Positions 59,472-64,000 of a stretch of DNA of 64,000 nucleotides are shown piece after piece (position 1 is the first letter of the stretch; each line of letters starts with the position of its first letter). This DNA is from Promethearchaeota archaeon (GTDB lineage Archaea > Asgardarchaeota > Lokiarchaeia > Sigyniarchaeales > SOKP01), in the NCBI GenBank assembly GCA_048940645.1, contig JBHLOI010000002.1, forward strand, positions 32,001 through 96,000, written 5' to 3'. The notes beneath the pieces were generated by a model that did not search any database, was not told the DNA's origin, and was given only the letters and a program-made list of their open reading frames with translations. Made by a program: the position numbers and the translations under genes.

Positions 59472-60632
59472 TTGAAGAGCATAAATAGCATTGAATTAAC
59501 TAAAGGAATTGCAATCTTATGTGTCTTATTAGCAAACACAATTAATTATTGGCTAATTATTGATTATCAATCAAGAACTTTCCTCAGTTTGCTAATTATA
59601 TTATTGGAAATATTTGGCTCTTCTCTTTACATATTTTTATTTTCATTTTCTGTTATATTTACATTAAAGAAAAAAATGGGTTGTATTCCAGAAAGAACAA
59701 ATAGGAACAAAGTTCTCAAACAAGCTTTTTTTCTGATTTTTTTAGGGCTTATATATAGCGTAATCTTTAATTATATTGATAAATCTACTTTAATTTTTTG
59801 GGGATGGAATATATTAATTTTCATAGGTTTTGGGCAGCTTTTTTGCTTTTACGCTTTTAAATTAGTAAGATGGGTGAGGATAGGAATTGGTTTGACTATT
59901 ATTTTAATTACACCAACTGTTAGAGAACTACTTTATATTGGAAAAGAAAGTAGCCCAATAGTTTACGTTTTACATCAGATTTTTGTTTCTTCAACTCCAA
60001 TTTATCCATTTCTCCCTTTTGCATCAGTATGGTTTCTTTCTACTGTTTTTGCAGAACTAATTTATGAGTCGATACTTTTAGAATCAAGGATAGCTAATTT
60101 AAATGCCGCACGCTCAATTTTAAAATATGGAATTATTTTTATAATCTCAAGCTTTCTTTATTCAGCAGTACAATTATTTCCCTTTGTAGAACAATTTAGT
60201 TTTAATCCGGATAAATTTCCATTTATTGATGCATTGCCAATTTTAAGAGGGTCCTCGATTATTTATATCCCTGGATTACCAGAAGTATTAGTAAAAGGTT
60301 CAATTCAGAATATCTTTTTCATAATAGGAATTTTCTTAATGGTTTTTGGATCGATCTATTATAGCATTGATATTAGACAAAAGAATAATAGATTTTTTAA
60401 GATTTTAATTACGTTTGGAAAAGCATCTTTAACTTTATTGTTTTTACAATGGGTTTTTATACCATTATTTAACCAATCATTAATATATTATGTATTTCTT
60501 GTAGTTTCCCTAATTTATCTAATCTTAATTGGGGGTATCATCTGTTCCTGGGACAAGTATGGAAGTCTAAAATACAGCTTGGAATGGTTGATAAGAAAAT
60601 TGAGCAAGAAAATGTACGATGAAATCATTTAA
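59472..60632 (+). CDS. DUF1624/HGSNAT-like membrane acyltransferase-family protein
   Basis: INSIELTKGIAI (degenerate RxxxxDxxRG), WGWNIL..IG, FGKASLTL, SLEWLIR. Confidence 0.6.
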   Translation: MKSINSIELTKGIAILCVLLANTINYWLIIDYQSRTFLSLLIILLEIFGSSLYIFLFSFSVIFTLKKKMGCIPERTNRNKVLKQAFFLIFLGLIYSVIFNYIDKSTLIFWGWNILIFIGFGQLFCFYAFKLVRWVRIGIGLTIILITPTVRELLYIGKESSPIVYVLHQIFVSSTPIYPFLPFASVWFLSTVFAELIYESILLESRIANLNAARSILKYGIIFIISSFLYSAVQLFPFVEQFSFNPDKFPFIDALPILRGSSIIYIPGLPEVLVKGSIQNIFFIIGIFLMVFGSIYYSIDIRQKNNRFFKILITFGKASLTLLFLQWVFIPLFNQSLIYYVFLVVSLIYLILIGGIICSWDKYGSLKYSLEWLIRKLSKKMYDEII

Positions 60633-60645
60633 TTGGTCAATATTA

Positions 60646-62076
60646 CTATTGCTCTAATGATTTGATTTTTTCTGATATAATATCAGAATTATAATCATCT
60701 TCTAAATCTTGATAATAATCTTTTGATTGTTTAAAATAATTTAACGCATTTTCTAAGTCATTACTACTCACACACAAATCACCAAGGATGTTTAAAATTT
60801 CTGCAGCTTCTTTTAAATAATCTGAAGTTTCAAATATTTCTAAAGCCTGTTCATAATAATCCCGGGATTTGATATTATTTTGCATATATTTTTGATATAT
60901 CTTTCCTAATTTTCTTTTAATTTCAGCAATTTTAATTTTGTCTCCATATTTTTTATAGATTTCAATAGCATAATTTAAATATTCAACCGATTTATTATCT
61001 TCTCCTTTAAGTAAATGTAATTTTGCTAAATCTTCTAATACTATACCCTCTTTAATATGTTCCTTTAATTCAAAAGTTCTAATGGCTTCCAGACTTTTAA
61101 CTAAATAATCCTCTGCTTCTACATCATTATCCCAAATTAGGTTTAATTTCCCTAAATAGAGATAACATTCCCATTCTAATTTGGATTTCACATATATTGA
61201 GACTTGATCTTTCAACTTTCTAATAAGGTTTAGAGCATTGTTAAAATTTTGATAAGATTGATCATAATTAGGTTCTCCACGAAAATAATTTAGTTTCCCA
61301 TATTTTATTAGAGTTTGAATAACTCCGTATATATCTTGATTTTTTTCAAAATATTCCGAATTCCTTTTCAGAATTTTAGATACTCTATCATAATGCTTAA
61401 ATTTAAAAAGTATTTCAACTAAATTACTAGCCGATTTTACTGCTTCTAATTCTAAATCTTCCTTCTCAGCTAGATCCAGAGCTTTCTGATAATACTCATA
61501 TGATTTCTCTAAATCTTTTATAAGATAATAAACATTACCTAGATTATTTAATACTTGTATGATTTTCTGCTGATCGTTTAGATCCTTGAGGATTGAAAGA
61601 GATCTATCGAAGCGATAAATAGCTTGTTCAAAATAGCCACTATCTTCATAAATTAATCCAATTTCATTATGACAAATTGCAACATTTGCTTGATCGTTTG
61701 TTTCTAAGAAATTTTTTAAAGCTAATTCTAGATTTGAAATAGCTCGTGAAAAATCTCTTAATTTATAATAGAGACTGGCTTTTTTTAATAATAAATCCCC
61801 TGACAAATCACCTTGAATTTCTCGTTGTCTCAATTCATCATCAAGTTCTGAAAGTTTGTTTTCAATTTCTTTATCTTCAATTAAATTTACGTCATAATAC
61901 CCTTCTTCCAGTTCAGTATCGGAATAGAAGGAAGTTCTTTCTTCATGAGCCCGTGAAGAACTTCTTTCTATGAAATTATCTAGATTTGTAATTAGTGGTT
62001 TTCCACAATTATGACAATATAACCAGTGTTTTTCAATTGATTCTTTACAATAAGGACATGTTGGCTGATTATACAT
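60646..62076 (-). CDS. Zinc-ribbon plus TPR repeat protein
   Basis: CPYC...CHNCG at the N-terminus, then several TPRs (NNLGNVYY..KSYEYYQKAL). Confidence 0.85.
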   Translation of the reverse strand: MYNQPTCPYCKESIEKHWLYCHNCGKPLITNLDNFIERSSSRAHEERTSFYSDTELEEGYYDVNLIEDKEIENKLSELDDELRQREIQGDLSGDLLLKKASLYYKLRDFSRAISNLELALKNFLETNDQANVAICHNEIGLIYEDSGYFEQAIYRFDRSLSILKDLNDQQKIIQVLNNLGNVYYLIKDLEKSYEYYQKALDLAEKEDLELEAVKSASNLVEILFKFKHYDRVSKILKRNSEYFEKNQDIYGVIQTLIKYGKLNYFRGEPNYDQSYQNFNNALNLIRKLKDQVSIYVKSKLEWECYLYLGKLNLIWDNDVEAEDYLVKSLEAIRTFELKEHIKEGIVLEDLAKLHLLKGEDNKSVEYLNYAIEIYKKYGDKIKIAEIKRKLGKIYQKYMQNNIKSRDYYEQALEIFETSDYLKEAAEILNILGDLCVSSNDLENALNYFKQSKDYYQDLEDDYNSDIISEKIKSLEQ

Positions 62077-62177
62077 TGATGGTTGCTTAAGAATGAATAA
62101 TATTATTAAAATGATTTAGATAAAAAAGATAGTTTCTCTATTTATAATTATTGGTCTTAATCTAATTAACTTAAATT

Positions 62178-63086
62178 TTAAATTTTATTGCTAGCTTTTA
62201 ATTCTTCTTCTATATCTTTATCATTTAGTCCAAGGGACTTTAATAAGATCTTTAATTGGATGATAGCATTTTTAGCTTTTACTTCCTTCGCTAGAAGGAG
62301 AGCCCTTATGAATTGATCTTTAGCTTTTCCAATTTGGCCTAAAAGAAAGAAAATCTCTCCAATATAGCTTAAACCTTTAATGATAAGTTCAGGATAATTA
62401 CTTTCATATGCAAGAGTTAAACCTTTTTTAAAATAGTTTAAAGCTTCATTAAATTTTTTCTCTTTCTTTTGAAGGATTCCCAAATTAAATGAACTGACAA
62501 TGATTCCTTTATTATCTTTTAATTGCTTGAAACTTTCTAAGGATTTTTGATATAATTCCTTTAAAACATCCCAATTTTCTTCTTTTTCATAAATATATAT
62601 CAAATTCCCCAAACAATCTAATAAATTATAAATATCATCATTATCTGAACAAAGTGCACAACAATCCAAGAAAAGATCACTTGCTTCTTCATTTTTATTT
62701 AACTTGATATAATTGCTCCCAATACCTTTCAAACATGTAATTTCTTCTTGAATTTGATTTAACTCCTTATAAATCTTTAATGCTTCATTATAATACTCTA
62801 TTGATTTTTCATATTTCTTTTTTTTAAAATTTAAAACTCCAAGCACTCCAAAAACAGCAGCTTGCCCTAATCTATCTCGTTGAATTTTAAAGTGATTCAA
62901 ACATACTAGTATATTTTTTTCAGCTTCTAAATAATCTTCTATTTCAATCTCTAGAAGTGCTAAATTGCTTAATTCTTTGATGTAGTTAGAATCCTTTCCA
63001 AATTTTTTTAAGACCTCAAGTTTTTCTTTAATTTCTTTTATTAATTGTTTAATTTCATTCCTATCCAATTCACCATCTTTTTTCAT
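62178..63086 (-). CDS. TPR repeat protein
   Basis: Repeated LG...A..Y..AL TPR units. Confidence 0.85.
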   Translation of the reverse strand: MKKDGELDRNEIKQLIKEIKEKLEVLKKFGKDSNYIKELSNLALLEIEIEDYLEAEKNILVCLNHFKIQRDRLGQAAVFGVLGVLNFKKKKYEKSIEYYNEALKIYKELNQIQEEITCLKGIGSNYIKLNKNEEASDLFLDCCALCSDNDDIYNLLDCLGNLIYIYEKEENWDVLKELYQKSLESFKQLKDNKGIIVSSFNLGILQKKEKKFNEALNYFKKGLTLAYESNYPELIIKGLSYIGEIFFLLGQIGKAKDQFIRALLLAKEVKAKNAIIQLKILLKSLGLNDKDIEEELKASNKI

Positions 63087-63257
63087 ATAAATAAAAAAAT
63101 CACCAATTCCTTGTCAATGTAATCTCTTTATCTTTTATAAATCTAATAGGACAACTTTCTAAAGGAAAGCAGATATATTTATATAAAAATTATAAAAATT
63201 CTTATCTATTATTTATTTAGTAAACTATAAGAAATTATCAACTAGAGCTAATCTCAA

Positions 63258-64000
63258 ATGAAGAAAAAAGCAAGATTATGGGATTCACTTGAAAAAAATA
63301 AGGTAAAATGTCATGTTTGTGCCAATGAATGTATTATAATGCCTGGGAAAGTGGGCATTTGCCGTACTCGAAAAAATTTTGATGGAGAATTATATACTCT
63401 TATATATGGTTCACTTATTTCTAAAGGAAGTTTAGATCCCATTGAAAAGAAGCCTCTTTATAATTTTTGGCCAGGTGCAACTGCTTATTCAATAGCATCA
63501 ATAGGATGCTCTTTTAAATGTCAAAACTGCCAAAATTGGAATATTTCACAAGCTAATCCAAGTGATAACGGAAAAAATGGCTTTTACACTCTTGAAGGAT
63601 TAGAAAATCGTAGGATGTCTTTAGTTGAAATGACACCAGAAGAATTATTGAAACGAGTTGTTAAAAGTGGAGCAAAAACATTAGCTTATACCTATAACGA
63701 ACCTTTAATTTGGCATGAATATATAATAGATACAACGAAATTACTTAAAAAAGAAGATATAAAAACCATATTAGTAACTAATGGATATTCGACATCAGTA
63801 GCCACTAAAGAGTTAATAGCGGTAGGAATAGATGCTGCTAATATTGATATTAAAGCTATGTCAGATGATTTTTATAAAAAAGTTTGTGGAGTAAAATCAG
63901 TACAACCTGTTTTGGATACAGCAAAGAGATTAAAATCGAAAGGAGTCCATGTTGAAATTACAAATTTAATCATACCAGATTTAAATGATAGTAAAGAGGA
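63258..64000 (+). CDS. amrS: AmmeMemoRadiSam system radical SAM enzyme (runs off the window end)
   Basis: Not in the ORF track. MKKKARLW...CHVCANEC..GKVGICRTR...DPIEKKPLYNFWPG...GCSFKCQNCQNWNISQ...AYTYNEP...VTNGY...NIDIK. Confidence 0.9.
   Translation, partial: MKKKARLWDSLEKNKVKCHVCANECIIMPGKVGICRTRKNFDGELYTLIYGSLISKGSLDPIEKKPLYNFWPGATAYSIASIGCSFKCQNCQNWNISQANPSDNGKNGFYTLEGLENRRMSLVEMTPEELLKRVVKSGAKTLAYTYNEPLIWHEYIIDTTKLLKKEDIKTILVTNGYSTSVATKELIAVGIDAANIDIKAMSDDFYKKVCGVKSVQPVLDTAKRLKSKGVHVEITNLIIPDLNDSKE

Noticed and set aside
1116-61973. Short overlapping or antisense ORFs in the track (e.g. 1116-1355, 9525-9842, 11390-11683, 20652-20846, 33122-33316, 47493-47906, 55658-55996, 61746-61973)
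   Set aside because: They overlap well-supported genes and have shadow-ORF composition with no motifs.
1-64000. rRNA, tRNA, CRISPR arrays, transposases, integrases
   Set aside because: None recognised. Intergenic gaps are short and AT-rich, with no GC-rich structured RNA or regularly spaced repeats.

Overview
AT-rich, gene-dense archaeal DNA whose gene content points to an Asgard archaeon, probably Lokiarchaeia (inference). It carries eukaryotic-signature proteins (Snf7/ESCRT-III, a steadiness-box-like protein, roadblock and longin proteins, Rab-like and Rag-like GTPases, a presenilin-like protease), archaeal housekeeping genes (pus10, rpl35ae, xpd, RecJ/Cdc45-like, beta-CASP nuclease, glyS), H4MPT C1 genes (mch, mtd, ftr, frhB-like), a glycine cleavage operon, purine salvage genes, queC/queD and glycogen genes. 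The main finding is at 46124-47107. The ORF track's 255-aa ORF at 46340 is only the 3' part of a RagA/Gtr1-like GTPase gene. That gene is interrupted by a 30-nt insert (46280-46309) with two in-frame UGA codons. The insert folds into a canonical bulge-helix-bulge (BHB) motif, and the standard BHB cut sites remove exactly those 30 nt and restore ...ELN|VWDAGGQ.... This is a candidate tRNA-type intron in the mRNA of an Asgard eukaryotic-signature gene. No rRNA, tRNA, CRISPR array or mobile element was recognised. All family assignments come from motif recognition by eye; no searches were run.
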